Shown here: positions 51,068-63,911 of the stretch, piece by piece
Layout: every line of letters starts with the position of its first letter
How positions within the stretch are numbered: position 1 is the stretch's first letter
Source of the DNA: Phallusia mammillata
Lineage: Eukaryota
Direction: 5' to 3'
Assembly (NCBI GenBank): GCA_965637545.1
Contig: OZ281495.1
Coordinates: 22,010,001-22,074,000 of the forward strand
DNA: 64,000 nucleotides
Notes under the pieces: model-generated
The model's database searches: none
Told to the model about the DNA's origin: nothing
Seen by the model: the letters and a program-made list of their open reading frames with translations, nothing else
Program-made: the position numbers and the translations under genes

Positions 51068-54000
51068 CTAGAGTGCATTCAACTTCTTTGCGAGCTGCTC
51101 TTGTAAATTCAATGAATATTTTCCAAATAGCCTTTTGAACTGTGGATCGAATGGGCTCGCAGTGTAAGCCTTGGCCGGGTGTTTCACCGCCATTCGTTCA
51201 ATTTCAAAGTTTCCTTCGGTAATTTGTTTGTTAGTAATACCCGGAACGTTTACGTACCTGCAAATGTTTAAAGGATTTAACATAGTTTGGAAAAAAAACA
51301 TACTACAAGGATATCGTCAATGGCGTTTACCCGTATCCAAGGTTTGTATCCAAAGCGTAAGCAAAATCAGCATGACGCAGGAAGCCAACAACTTCGTCAT
51401 TGAACCAAATCGCTTCATGGCCAGTTATAGGAACATCCCTAAAGTAAATATTCATCACACATTGCAGCTCAGTACTTGATAACAGCGGACAGTGAAAGTT
51501 ACAGACGCCTTTATGAAATTTTAAAGAGTTTTCGTTTGTAAATTGAAAGAAAAAAACAAAAAAACAGTTCGTCGCCTTATTAATTATCAATCAAGTAATG
51601 TCTGGATTTAGGATTAAGCTCAGCCTTTTCTAATTCATTTTAAAATGTTTTGTTTTTCTCACGTGTCAATAGTGAAACAAACAAGCTTTTTGGGTAGTGG
51701 TTTCTTCTGGAGTTCGGCCAGGGCTTTGCTACCAATGTAATCGGTTGAATTTTCGCAGAATCGTAGCAAACCCGCTTCACCTGGTGTGTCGCCAGCGTGA
51801 ATGCTATGTGACCAATGATGGAAACCTGAAAAGAATTGCATTTTACAATGGTTAACATGCATCATGTTAAATGTATAACGTAAAGATTTTGTCATGTCCT
51901 TGCAACGTACAACTTAATAAAAATACCCGTTTCTGAGCTTAACGATTCCATTGCACGGTATCCGGCCACGCATGCGTTGTGTTTGTCTGCTTGCTCAATG
52001 ATAGCGTCATGGATGCATTTTACGTCATCGCTATGGCAATGAACTTCGAATCCAAGTTCCCCGACGAAGGATAATCTTGAACAACATACATCAGCTCCTT
52101 GCAATGTGGAAAAGTACCTGTTTTTCAAGTATATATACTAACCTGCCAAGCATCACATTACGACCAGCAATTTCACTGTTACCCCAATGTGCATATTCGA
52201 GCCTATTCAGGATATTACTGTCTTGGACGATCGGCGTAAGGATGTCGCGACTAAACAAAATAGAAAAAAAAGTACATAAACTGCCCGTCTTTGGATTTGA
52301 CAAGATTCCTACTAAAAGCCATTTGTGCCAGTTGGTCCGCGTCTGGCCCCGTTAAGAATATTTTTGCCATGTAAGAAGAATCCAGAAGAATAGCTGAAGT
52401 TCTGCAAGTCAAACATTCCTTTCCAACCTACGATATTTAGAAACACTGATGAGCAGAGCTGATTTCATGAATTAATATCGCAAAATAGGTAAGCATGTTT
52501 TGTTTTATACCCGAAAATAGAACAAAACATGCTTACCGATACGAAAGCTTCGGTGAAGCAAACAATATTTCACAATTTAATTATAGTTTGGTTAACAATA
52601 CGCCTGCGAGGGGTTAGTGCAGCGGCCTTGTGCTTACAAGATTGTGATTGCTAACCCCGTCTCGACGACTTGTTCTTCTGTTAGCATTCCTTCATCGAAA
52701 TGAATGACACATTCTTAAATCGAACACACCAAATAAAATATGGGAGACTTATTGTGAGTGTATTTTAAGTATATTATTTCCGCAGTACCCGTATAGCGAG
52801 GACAAAACTAACAATTAAAAACTTACAATTTTGTGGGAGTCAGGAAATTCAAATGTGCAATCGTTCATTATAGCATCACAATACGGGTACGGATAGTGTT
52901 TCTTGTTGTCATAGGCTCCATAAAAATCGTAGTCAAGGACCTTCAGGTTACGATTGGGTTCATTTTGACCGTCTTTTAAGTAATAAGCTGGACGTTCAAA
53001 TCCATATCGGATGCCAAAGAGTGCTCCAAGATCTGAGTCAGTCTACGTAAAAATATGGAAACAATATGAACAAAACGCGAAAACTAAAAAAAAAATATTT
53101 ACGTTCAATAGGAAAAGCTACCTGATGAAGTTTAGTTTTCCGTTGGTTTCGTCCCCCAAGGCTGTGATCTCTAGCGTAAACCAAACTGTAACGCTTGGCA
53201 AACCTCTCATGACACGTCTCTGTTAGCCATTTGTTATAATTCGTAAAGGAAGTCGGGTATCGTCTGAACATACATGGTGGAATAAATGTTGTGCCCAGGT
53301 TCTTGCCTCATTTTAAATTTTACCTGATGTCGCAGTTAAAGAGATTAATTTCAGGTCTTCCGTGCGCCACCCAGTGGGCTAATTGCCTTCCCGCTCCCCC
53401 TCCTAACATCATTCCTCCACTGTTGTATCCGCTACCCACAAAGAATCCTCGCACTTCAGGCGACTCACCCATGTTTGGTTTTCCATCCGGTGTGAATGAT
53501 TCTGCACGAAAGTCAAACATTCGATCACGCATCCTTGAAATGATTGGAGTATACCGGACATTTCAAACACAAATTTGATCAGTTTCAGAATCGACAGGTA
53601 AATTAATTTTTGTGGTCTTCACAAAAAAGTTGTCTTTCCCAGCAATTACATGACCCCCAGACATAGTTAGAAGTGAGGCTGAAATTACAGCCCAATACCA
53701 AGCTCGAAACCCGATCCGAACATTTTTGTTATAAAGCCCCAATTCAGCCTTGAGAAGGTATTTTTAACGGGTTTGAATGGCGAAACATATAAAGTAGCCA
53801 ATTGCGAAGTCAGGCCTAAATCAAACCTACTTTATATCAACTTAATGTAAAAAACTACGATCCGATATACCTGGCCCGCAAACCGTCGATCTTATCCCAA
53901 CGTTTCCAACAGCTGGTATTCGATTTACTGCGGCATCGAAGTGCTGTGCAAATATATCCCAGTCGACATCATAAAGGCCAAATGCAAAATCAGCTGGAAG

Positions 54001-56024
54001 CTTAAAAGGTAAAGAGGTTTTTAGAAAGTGAAAAATTTAGATGTGTTTTTCACATCAAAAAGTTAAAAGTAAACGTGCTTAAATTATTCTACCCACGTCT
54101 TTTACGAGGTGAGGATTCATTTCATATCCGCCAAATTGCAGAGCATCACCTTGTGGTTTAATATACACGGTACCGTGATCCTTTATAATCGGTGTGTTTA
54201 AAATTCCCTTTATGCCTTGGGTCACAATGTAAGCATGTTGAAAAGTTAACTGCGGAATTCGAACTCCGGCCATCTGCATAAAATCAAAATAGAACATAAA
54301 TATGTCGTTTTTATGCGACGCTTGTTTCGCACCTTTTTATTATTCCTTTATGCGACTAAAGTGTATGTAAACGGGTGTAACTGATGTGGCCGTCATATCA
54401 CTGATGATGGCATGAGCATTTGCCGAAACGTTTGAACAATAAAGCATGTCGCCTTTTACGTCTATTTGGGCCGTTATTTTCACCATTAAACTTATGAACA
54501 GATCCGTATATAGTGTTCCAAAGAAAATAAATAGCACCAAACTATGTCATGAAAAGCAAACACACCATGTTTACCTACCTTTCCGATGTAGGGCGACCAG
54601 GCGCCGGCGCAGTTTACAACATTGTTTGTCTTGATGGTTCCCTTGCTTGTTTCCACACCGACAACTCTTTCAAGACCAAGATGGTCTTCGGCTTTTAAGA
54701 TACCATTTACGCTGCAATTTTCAAATACCTGTGGACAATAACCGATTGTTTTCCACGCCCCATATGAAGTTTAAATTTGTACATTTGTAATTTACACTAC
54801 TGTTGAACCAGAAATCACAAATACTGCAGAATACTACCTAAACTACCCAGAAGTTTTGACATTATTTTTACCATGGCGCCACGATGCTGAGCTGCTTTAA
54901 CATACGCCATGCAATATGTTGCGGGATCTATAGTTCCATCACCTGGCGAATACACAGCTCCGTATACATCATCGACATTCAACAGTGGATGGATTACCTT
55001 TGCCTCTGACGGCGTTATTTCTTGTATTTCGACTCCAAGCCCTTTAGCAAACTTGGAAGACGGTTATAAAAAGTTATTAGAAAATTGTATGTGACCAGCT
55101 GCTTACTGATGTCTGAAGCGTAATATCTTTGTATTCTTCCTTAGACTTTGCTGTTAAAATTGTGCCAGTACGTTGCCATCCGGCACTATCGCCATTTTCC
55201 TCAGGTAGTACCTTGCTTATTAAATCTCGTGTTTGCAGTTGTAACAGTGTTTCTGATTCGCTGCCACGAAAACTCCACAAAATTCCTACAATATACAATT
55301 TACGACATAAGAAAAGGTGATCCAAGCATTTTAGGGGCCAGGTTGCAGCAGTTGTTTGTGTGGCCCTGGAGAGGATAAAATGTGCTGGAACGAGATTTTT
55401 CTGACACCCCATTAAACACTAATCGTCTAAATAAGCCGCAGTTTGCATCAAAAACAGAGACCAAAATGCTATACTTTCAAACTTTCAAACTGGACAGGTA
55501 AATCATAAAATTCCGTATAGCTGTTATGTACCATGCTCATATATTTTTGGTCTATTTGCAAACTGCTTTATGGCTCACAAATTCAAAATAAACCTTATTC
55601 GTGTGCGTTGATGTCATATGATGCTTTTGCTTTATTGTTGCGTTTCTCCTTACCAGCCCATTGTAAATGTTTGTGTTTAACTAACCTACAAATAGAGCTT
55701 GTTCAGTAGTTTACCTGCTGTATGCCAGGTTGTTCCAGAAGTAATTTTGTGTTTTTCAACAAGTACAACTGAACCACCACTTTGCTTTGCAAGGTGGTAA
55801 GCAGTACTGCATCCGACACTTCCACCACCGATTACAACCACATCAGCTTCAGTTGGAAATTTGGCCCGGTCTAAAGTGTTGTCACTCTTGCTTTTGTGAA
55901 TTGATGATTCATATGGCACATCCTTAACATCTTGTGATTTGTAACGAGTGGAATGAAGATAAGTTCTTGTACACCTCAAAGTGGCCAATTTATTCAAATC
56001 TCGCATTCTGGTAGTAATTGACAT
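51068..56024 (-). pseudogene. SARDH-like: Sarcosine dehydrogenase-like copy C with an internal deletion causing a premature stop
   Basis: Exons 56024-55715, 55285-55107, 55051-54872, 54728-54579, 54273-54097, 54000-53871, 53501-53324, 53263-53122, 53042-52827, 52427-~52272 (truncated), 52250-52143, 52075-51927, 51825-51663, 51438-51331, 51257-51068. Relative to copy D, the 3' part of exon 10 and all of exon 11 are missing; read-through gives FMYFFFYFV-stop at 52253-52251. Confidence 0.8.
54301..54531. mobile_element. ~230-bp insertion in intron 4 of copy C, possibly a Penelope-like retroelement remnant
   Basis: Absent from the homologous intron of copy D (61635-61709); flanked by ATAAAT on both sides; contains CTGATGA...GAAACGTT followed by AATAAA. 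Confidence 0.5.
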
Positions 56025-57215
56025 GTTTTGAAATCACTATGTACTACTAACACAAGACTAGCTAAAAGTGGTGAAAAATGGCAATGTAAATACAGAATTT
56101 GTTAGTTACAATTAAATATTGTTTAGCAAATCTGAACTTGTAACACAACAAATCTAAAATTATCTATAACATGTAACAATTTACTTTCTTCATTCTCTGT
56201 AAATATAGTGTAAATATAGCTTTTCTTGCATGTTTATGTTCATAATATGTACTCAAATGAAGTTTACTCATGAGTTATTACAGCTTGCATTTTGGCTGCC
56301 TACACAGCTTGAACTCCATGCAGTCCTAAAAAAACAAAACTTTAAAAACATTAGTTATGAGTTAAAACCCAGATACTTATATTACACTTAAGTTAACATT
56401 TTCCTGTCAAAATAACCGTTGGTTAAATAGCAATGTATTAAGTTGAAAGCTCTATTTTATAACACGTTTCTCCCAAAAGAAATCATAACCCAGTCAAAAG
56501 AACTTCTTACCGGTTTGTTGGCAATTATTCACCATTATCCACAGTAGGGTTCCTTCTCGATAAATTCTCGAGAAGTCTCGAAAAAAATCGAGTCTCGATT
56601 CTCGAGAAATTATGTCACGTACACAGAAAGTGCATGCGACACCTCTTATAACGTGTATTTTTCGTCGAGAAACGAAGAAGTCGGGAAATAGAGGAACCCT
56701 GATCCACAGTCATTTCAAACCAGCAGTTTCGCGGGAATTACCCAAAATGGATACTTAAAATGGAACAATAACATCCGACCGGGATGACTAAGCATGTATT
56801 TACTTTGCCTGTTTGCTTCAAAAACAAAATATTAGCTTGGTATTGAAAAATGAAAAAAAACTGAAAAATGGGTATTAGTAGTATTTTTACCCGTTTCTTG
56901 TATAGCCTATACATAATAGCATGTTTTTTCAAAACTTTTGTGTGTGTACATAAATGTAATATTTCGTGTACGGTATGCCGTTTGCAACCAGTTCATACTG
57001 TCTTCAGGCATAAACTTTGAACTATATAGGTTGGCTATAGCCTATGTTGACTTGGTAATTTCTAACGAAAAAAACTATTTTTGCTCTTAATGCAACACGG
57101 TGCAATGCAAGTGATCGATAGCAATATATTTAACGACAAATCGAAATTTATTTGTATCAATTGAGTTCCAACGACATTTTTTTCGTGTCCTGTTTTGGTT
57201 ATTATAAGCATAGAT

Positions 57216-57694
57216 CAGGGCTGCACAACTTTTTTGCTACGGCGGCCGCATTACAGATCCCTATGTTACCGATGTTACCGAAGCCAGCTTGTTTTTGTTT
57301 TAAAATTAATGATGTAAAGAAATTGGTTTATATCATTTATATATAGGATGGCGCCTAAAAAGCCCAGTTTAATTCCTAACTTGATACACAGATCGAGCTG
57401 AACGGCCTGCATATTATCAGTCTTGTTAATGACATCATAATTTATACTGTGACGTTAGTGAAACCTGTTTTTTTGGATTGTTTGCGCATAATAGGTGTAC
57501 AAAAGTCTGACACAAATGGTTATTGGGCTGGTAAAACTCTTTCCAGTCCCACAAAATCTGTTTAGAGCAGTTTGAAAATCAAAGTATTTAGCAAAAAAGT
57601 TTTATTTATATCGCGGCCGCCAGTACATATATTTTCATATACATGTACACGGCCACACAAACTCGTCTTGGCGGCCACAGGTTGTGCAACCCTG
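57216..57694. mobile_element. hAT-type MITE between copies C and D
   Basis: TIR CAGGGCTGCACAAC (57216-57229) versus GTTGTGCAACCCTG (57681-57694), 13/14 match, with subterminal GGCGGCC motifs. TSD not recognisable. Confidence 0.75.
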
Positions 57695-58400
57695 CACTAA
57701 GTTAAAAAAGCCCTAGAAAATCGGATAAAAGTATTTTTTTCGAATTTTTGTTCCCATTCAAGTTGCTATTATTTATGCCAATATCTGTGCAAATTAAGGT
57801 GTCCTAAATAAGTTCCCTATTTATCGCTGATGGAGTTTTCTACCTTTTTTATTAACTGAATCAGTTTTGGTGATAATAATTTAGTTATAGAGCCTGGTTG
57901 AAGGGGCATATTTTTTACACACACATAAAGCAAAAACGAGACGAGATGCAAATGTATTAAATATACCTGCAAATACATTTAAAACTTTCAATTACGGCAC
58001 AATTGTCAAAGTTGCGAAGAGATGTCTCACCACCAGTTTTCAGAATTGCATACTGAAATATTGAAATGCATAAGACAGATTACAAACTACAAATAATATC
58101 ATATAAAAGCAGTATTATAAAACAGATAATTAAAACATAGAATTTAATCAGTGCAAATAAGCAAGTTGATATATTGCAATTAGGCTACCTAACACAAAGA
58201 GATGTCCACCAAAAAATCCCGGCGTCAGGCATCTACTCAAACTACTTAAAGATGCTTGTTGCGAGAAGTCCAATAAATTTTTAGTCAGTTTTAGTTGAAA
58301 CAGGAAATGCAGCCCTTTAGAAATCAACAGCTCGAATTAACTAAAATCGCCAAACCACAAGGTAAATTGAGTACTACGCGAAGGTTTTGGGGCCTTTTTT

Positions 58401-61400
58401 CTACAGGGCATTCAACTTCTTTGCGAGCTGCTCTTGTACATTTGATGAATATTTTCCACGAATTCGTTCAAACCGTGGATCGAACGGGCTTGTGGTGTAA
58501 GCCTTGGCCGGGTGTTTCACCGCCATTCGTTCAATTGCAAAGTTTCCCTCCGTAATTTCTTTTTCAGTTATACCAGGAACGTTTACGTACCTGCAAAGGT
58601 TATGACGGATTTAACATATGTGGGAAAAAGTTTGCTGTATTGGATACCTCTATTTATTCTTACCCGTATCCCAGATTTGTATCCAAAGCATAAGCGAAAT
58701 CAGCGTGACGCAGGAAGCCAACAACTTTGTCGTTAAACCAAATCGATTCGTGGCCAGTTATTGGGACATCCCTGCAAAAAACATCTCAGCGTTACAACAT
58801 TCCACTTGTCATGTAAGGCCCAAGCACATCTGTTTTAACCCGGTTTAGAACATTTCATTTTTCTCACGTGTCAATGGTGAAACAAACAAGTTTTTTGGGC
58901 AATGGTTTCTTCCGAAGTTCGGCCAGAGCTTTGCTACCGATGTAATCTTTAGAATCTTCGCAGAACCGCAATAAATCCGCTTCACCTGGTGTGTCAGCAG
59001 CGTGAATGCTATGTGACCAATGATGAAAACCTGAAACGATAACGTAATAAACACAATTTGCAAAAAAACGTTTCATTCACAGCAGACAGCATCTTATCTT
59101 TAAAGGATACAAATTAGTAGCTTACCACATCACAATAGAAACCTATCATGCAGTAGCTACTGTTGCAAAAATTCGACGAAGCTGTGCGGTCAGAAGCATT
59201 GCAACACAAATAGGCTTAATGTTCAATAGCCTTTTTCGATTTACGTGCATCATGTTTATATACTTTTAAGTGTACGTTGTATTTTTTTACGAACAGTTTG
59301 ACGACAACAATACCTGTCTCTGAGCTTAACGATTCCATTGCACGGTATCCGGCCACGCATGCGTTGTGTTTGTCTGCTTGCTCCATTATAGCGTCATGGA
59401 TGCATTTTACGTCATCGCTGTGGCAATGAACTTCGTATCCAAGTTCTCCTACAAACGATAACCTTAAAGGGGAGGGGTTATAGTAACTGAAGGATTGGAG
59501 AAGATTGGTAATTTTCAATAAATTCTACCAACCTGCCAAGCATCACATTACGACCAGCAATTTCAATGTTACTCCATTGAGAATATTTTAGCTTCTTTAG
59601 GATATTGCTTTCTTGGACAATGGGCTTGAGGATGTCGCGACTGAACAAAATAACGAAGAACTAAGAAACATGTCATACGAATGAATGCGAGTGTTAGAAC
59701 AATATTTAGTAAGCTTATGATGATTCCTAGATATCGCGTCACCTCCAACAAAAAATTGAAAAAAAACATGGTTTAGTCTAGCAACCTTTTTGGTCCTTGG
59801 ACACTAAGGATTGATCGTTCTTCGGTGCGATCTTCCACAATACAATTCAGACCCTTCCTCTGAGCAATGTTTTGCAAGTACATTTTGCAATGTAATGCAC
59901 CCGAAGAGCTGAAGGTCACGTAATATTCGTTTTCTAAAGGTATATTTCAATCAGTAAGTGCAAACAGACGCATGAACAAATAATTTTACCACCAGAAGCG
60001 TTTTTTACTCTCGTTGCAATCACATCGCCTTCGATGCCAGCTCTATCGTTCAGCATCAGTGTGTACATAAACTGTCCGTCTTCTGATTTAACTAAATTCC
60101 TACTAAAAGCTATTTGTGCCAGTTGGTCCGCGTCTGGCCCCGTTAAGAATATTTTTGCCATGTAAGAAGAATCAAGCAGAATAGCTGAAGTTCTGCAGGT
60201 CAAACATTCCTTTCCCACCTGTCACACAAAACCTTTATAGGTAACGCACTACGCATGTGACCTTGACCAATCGATTAGGTAAAAGCATTACTTACAGTTT
60301 TGTGGGAGTCAGGAAATTCAAATGTGCAATCGTTTGTCACCGCATCATAATACGGGTACGGATCGTGTTTCTTGTTGTCATATGATCCATAGAAATCGTA
60401 GTCAAGGACCTTCAGGTTACAATTGGGTTTGTTTTGACCGTCTTTTATGTAATAAGCTGGACGTTCAAATCCATATCGGATACCAAAGAGAGCTCCAAGG
60501 TCTGAGTCGGTCTATGCATAAAAGATAACATGAACATGAAACACTGTATCTTGATAATGATTAGTGTCCTGAAGCTACCTGATGAAGTTTGGTTTTCCGT
60601 TGATTTCGTCCTCCAAGGTTGTGATCTCTAGGGTAAACCAAACTAAAGCGCTTTGCAAATCTCTCATGGCACGTCTCTGTCAGCCATTTGTTATAATTCG
60701 TGTAGGAAGTCTGGTATCGCCTGAACATACGAAACAATTTGAAATAAACGCTTTGCCCCGGTCCTCGGCTACTTTAAGTTTTACCTGATGTCGCAGTTGA
60801 AGAGATCAATTTCAGGTCTCCCGTGCGTCACCCAGTGGGCTAACTGTCGTCCCGCTCCTCCTCCCATCATCATTCCTCCACTGTTGTATCCGCTACCTAC
60901 AAAGAATCCTCGCACTTCAGGCGACTCGCCCATGTTTGGTTTTCCATCCGGTGTGAATGATTCTGCAAAAATGCAAGCATTCGATCATGCTATGTAATTG
61001 AATTTGAATTGAAATGTCCTCATGGTGTTATAACTGCCTTTCACCTTTGTCATCTAATTCTAGGTGTAAATGAAATTTTGCATTTGTCGAATCAATTTAC
61101 AATGATATAATGAGTAACGAACTTCTGTTACACGAATACGATCGGTTTCGAGAAAGTTTTAACCACACGATTATTTTATAAATAGAGGTTAATATGTTGC
61201 TCACCATGTTTTTTTGTGTCCAAATGGCAAAAGTTATAGCATACCTGGTCCGCAAACCGTCGATCTTATTCCAACGTTTCCAACAGCTGGTATTCGATTA
61301 ACTGTCGCGTCGAAGTGTTGTGCGAAAATATCCCAATCCAAGTCGTAAAGACCAAAAGCAAAATCAACTGGAAGCTAGGAGAATGTAAAAGAAGAGTTTT

Positions 61401-63911
61401 CAAGCGAGTTTGGATTAAGGCATTCTGACAGTGTTTGTTTCTACATTCAAAACTCACGTCTTTTACTAGGTGAGGATTCATTTCATATCCGCCAAATTGC
61501 AAAGCGTCACCTTGTGGTTTAATATACACGGTACCGTGATCCTTTATCATCGGTGTGTTTAAAATTCCCTCTATGCCTTGGGTCACAATGTAAGCATGTT
61601 GAAAAGTTAACTGCGGAATGCGAACTCCAGCCATCTGCATAGCATAAAAACAAAACATAAATAGCACCAAAATATGTCATAAACAAGCAAACAGACCATG
61701 TTTGCTGACCTTTCCGATGTAGGGCGACCAGGCCCCGGCGCAGTTTACAACATTGTTTGTCTTGATGGTTCCCTTGCTTGTTTCCACACCGACAACTCTT
61801 TCAAGACCAAGATGGTCATCGGCTTTTAAGATACCATTTACGCTGCAGTTTTCAAATACCTGGGCAAAATAAACAGGAAGTTTTACCGCCAAAAGAATAC
61901 ATCAAGAAGTTTTACCGCCAAAAGATCATAAACCACAAATAGCCTACTATAGGAAGCAGAAAACTACCTAAAACTTCAAAATTGTTTTACCTTGGCGCCA
62001 CGATGTTGAGCTGCTTTAACATATGCCATACAATATGTCGCGGGGTCTATAGTTCCATCACCTGGCGAATACACAGCTCCGTACATATCATCGACGTTCA
62101 ACAGTGGATGTATTTCCTTTGCCTCTGCTGGCGTTATTTCTTGTATTTCAACTCCAAGCCCCTTTGCAAACTTTAAGGACGGTTTCATTGTACTAGTTTT
62201 ATAACGTTTTATATAACAGTGGAACTACTTACTGATGTCTGAAGCGTGAAATCTTTGTATTCTTCCTTAGTCTTTGCTGTTAAAATGGTGCCAGTACGTT
62301 GCCAACCAGCACTATCCCCATTTTCCTCGGGAAGTATCTTGCTTATTAAATCCCGTGTTTGCAGTTGTAATAGTGTTTCCGATTCGCTGCCACGAAAACT
62401 CCATAAAATTCCTACAATACATTCGTACGCAAGGTAACAAGTGAGCTTAATCTAATGCAGGGGTCGGCAACCTTTTAAGCGACGCGTGCTAATTTACTTG
62501 TTATGTTCATGTGGAAATGACATCGCGTGCCATCATTTTTCTGAGTATTAGTGGTTTGTGCCAGCTGATATCAATAATAAGGAGAAGCAGAGTGTTTTGT
62601 GCATCTAGGCTGGATTTTACCACTTTGGCACAATAAAAAATGAAAACAAGCAGTGTAACAGGTTAAAATTAGTACGCCAATATAAACACGCAAATCGCCA
62701 GGGGTTGCCGACCCCTGGTCTAATGTAAACACCACAATCTCCAGTTCTTGTTGTAAAGCCAAATCAACAAGCAATCGTTAGTCCAGGGGTGGGGAACCTG
62801 CGGCCTAAAGGCCGCATGCCTTGTACCGTTAGCGTCTGGATACATATCCAGGATACACAAATATCTGCACACAAGTTACGAAAGGAAACAGCGACTAGCT
62901 AATCCCCAACACACAATCAAACGCGCAACACAGACGCTAACGTTACAAGGCAAACACACACAATCTCAAACACAAGTTATAATTTGCGAACTTTATGTTT
63001 TTATATGTTGATTGCTACAGTATCTACATTTTCAAGTAACATACAGAGTCGATTGTTCGCGCACTATATTTGTATTGTTTTATTATTGCTTGTGACATAT
63101 TAAATTGACATTAAAACAATCCCACGCAAAGTGATTTTACAACACTAAACTTAACTCATTCTGTATTTTACTTTCGAAAGGAATGAACTAACTTTCAGTT
63201 GGTAACTCAACAGTTTTATTTTGCCAATATATTTTCAGTTTTATAAATATATTTAGCTTGGACTGCAAGTGCTCGAAAAAAATTGCCAAAGGACCGTTAT
63301 GAAAAAAAATTAAAAAGTTTGAGAACCGCTGTTCTAAATATTATTTTTCATTTTTTGTATTAGTTTTATTGTTGTTTTGATTCACCTAATTCGTGATTGT
63401 CGTGGTCAACTCGTGTGTCGCTGTACTTACATACTTTATTGTTTGCAGTTACGTTTCTTATTGTCATACATTTTTTAATTTTGTAACTGAAGCCCTCCAA
63501 TTTTGAATGTTTGTATTTAACTAACCTACCCTTGCGGTTTATTTTTACAAATAGAGCTTGTTCAGCATGCCATAAGTAAAAACTATCAAAAATCCTGTTA
63601 CCTGCTGTATGCCAGGTTGTTCCAGAAGTAATTTTGTGTTTTTCAACAAGTACAACTGAACCACCGTTTTGCTTTGCAAGGTGGTAAGCAGCACTGCATC
63701 CGACACTTCCACCACCGATTACAACCACATCAGCTTCAGTGGGAAATTTTGCCTGGTCCGTGGATTTATCACTTTTGCTTTTGTGAATTGATGTTTCATA
63801 TGGCACATCCTTAACATCTTGTGAACTGTTGCGAATGGAACCAAGGCTAGCCCTTGTACACCTCAAAGAGGTCAGTTTATTAAAGTTTTGCAATCTACTT
63901 GTAATTGACAT
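58401..63911 (-). CDS. SARDH-like: Sarcosine dehydrogenase-like flavoprotein, copy D (intact, recent paralog of C)
   Basis: 16 exons: 63911-63602, 62411-62233, 62170-61991, 61859-61710, 61634-61458, 61374-61245, 60962-60785, 60720-60579, 60511-60296, 60218-59990, 59933-59786, 59640-59533, 59462-59314, 59030-58868, 58771-58664, 58590-58401. Motifs [67 protein letters not shown]. Confidence 0.93.
62458..62717. mobile_element. hAT-type MITE in intron 1 of copy D
   Basis: Perfect 15-bp TIR CAGGGGTCGGCAACC / GGTTGCCGACCCCTG; 8-bp flanks ATCTAATG / GTCTAATG (7/8). Confidence 0.88.
62784..63331. mobile_element. Composite MITE cluster in intron 1 of copy D (hAT-like ends with a nested small inverted-repeat element)
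   Basis: hAT-like left end CAGGGGTGGGGAACC at 62784; nested 21-bp inverted repeat GCCTTGTACCGTTAGCGTCTG (62818-62838) / CAGACGCTAACGTTACAAGGC (62931-62951), 20/21; hAT-like right end TTTGAGAACCGCTG at 63318-63331 that does not match the left end exactly. Confidence 0.55.

Noticed and set aside
52445-52550. CTGATGAG...CGAAAG considered as a hammerhead enclosing the hairpin
   Set aside because: Stem II closing pairs do not form beyond one base pair.
56975-57015. Second hammerhead-like string on the minus strand (TATGC-CTGAAGA...CAAACG-GCATA)
   Set aside because: GAAA box is mutated, extra bases disrupt stem II and there is no cleavage triplet; too degenerate to call.
58401-58412. C-terminal ...NAL of copies C and D as a peroxisomal PTS1
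   Set aside because: Does not match the [SAC][KRH][LM] consensus, and the N-termini look like mitochondrial presequences.
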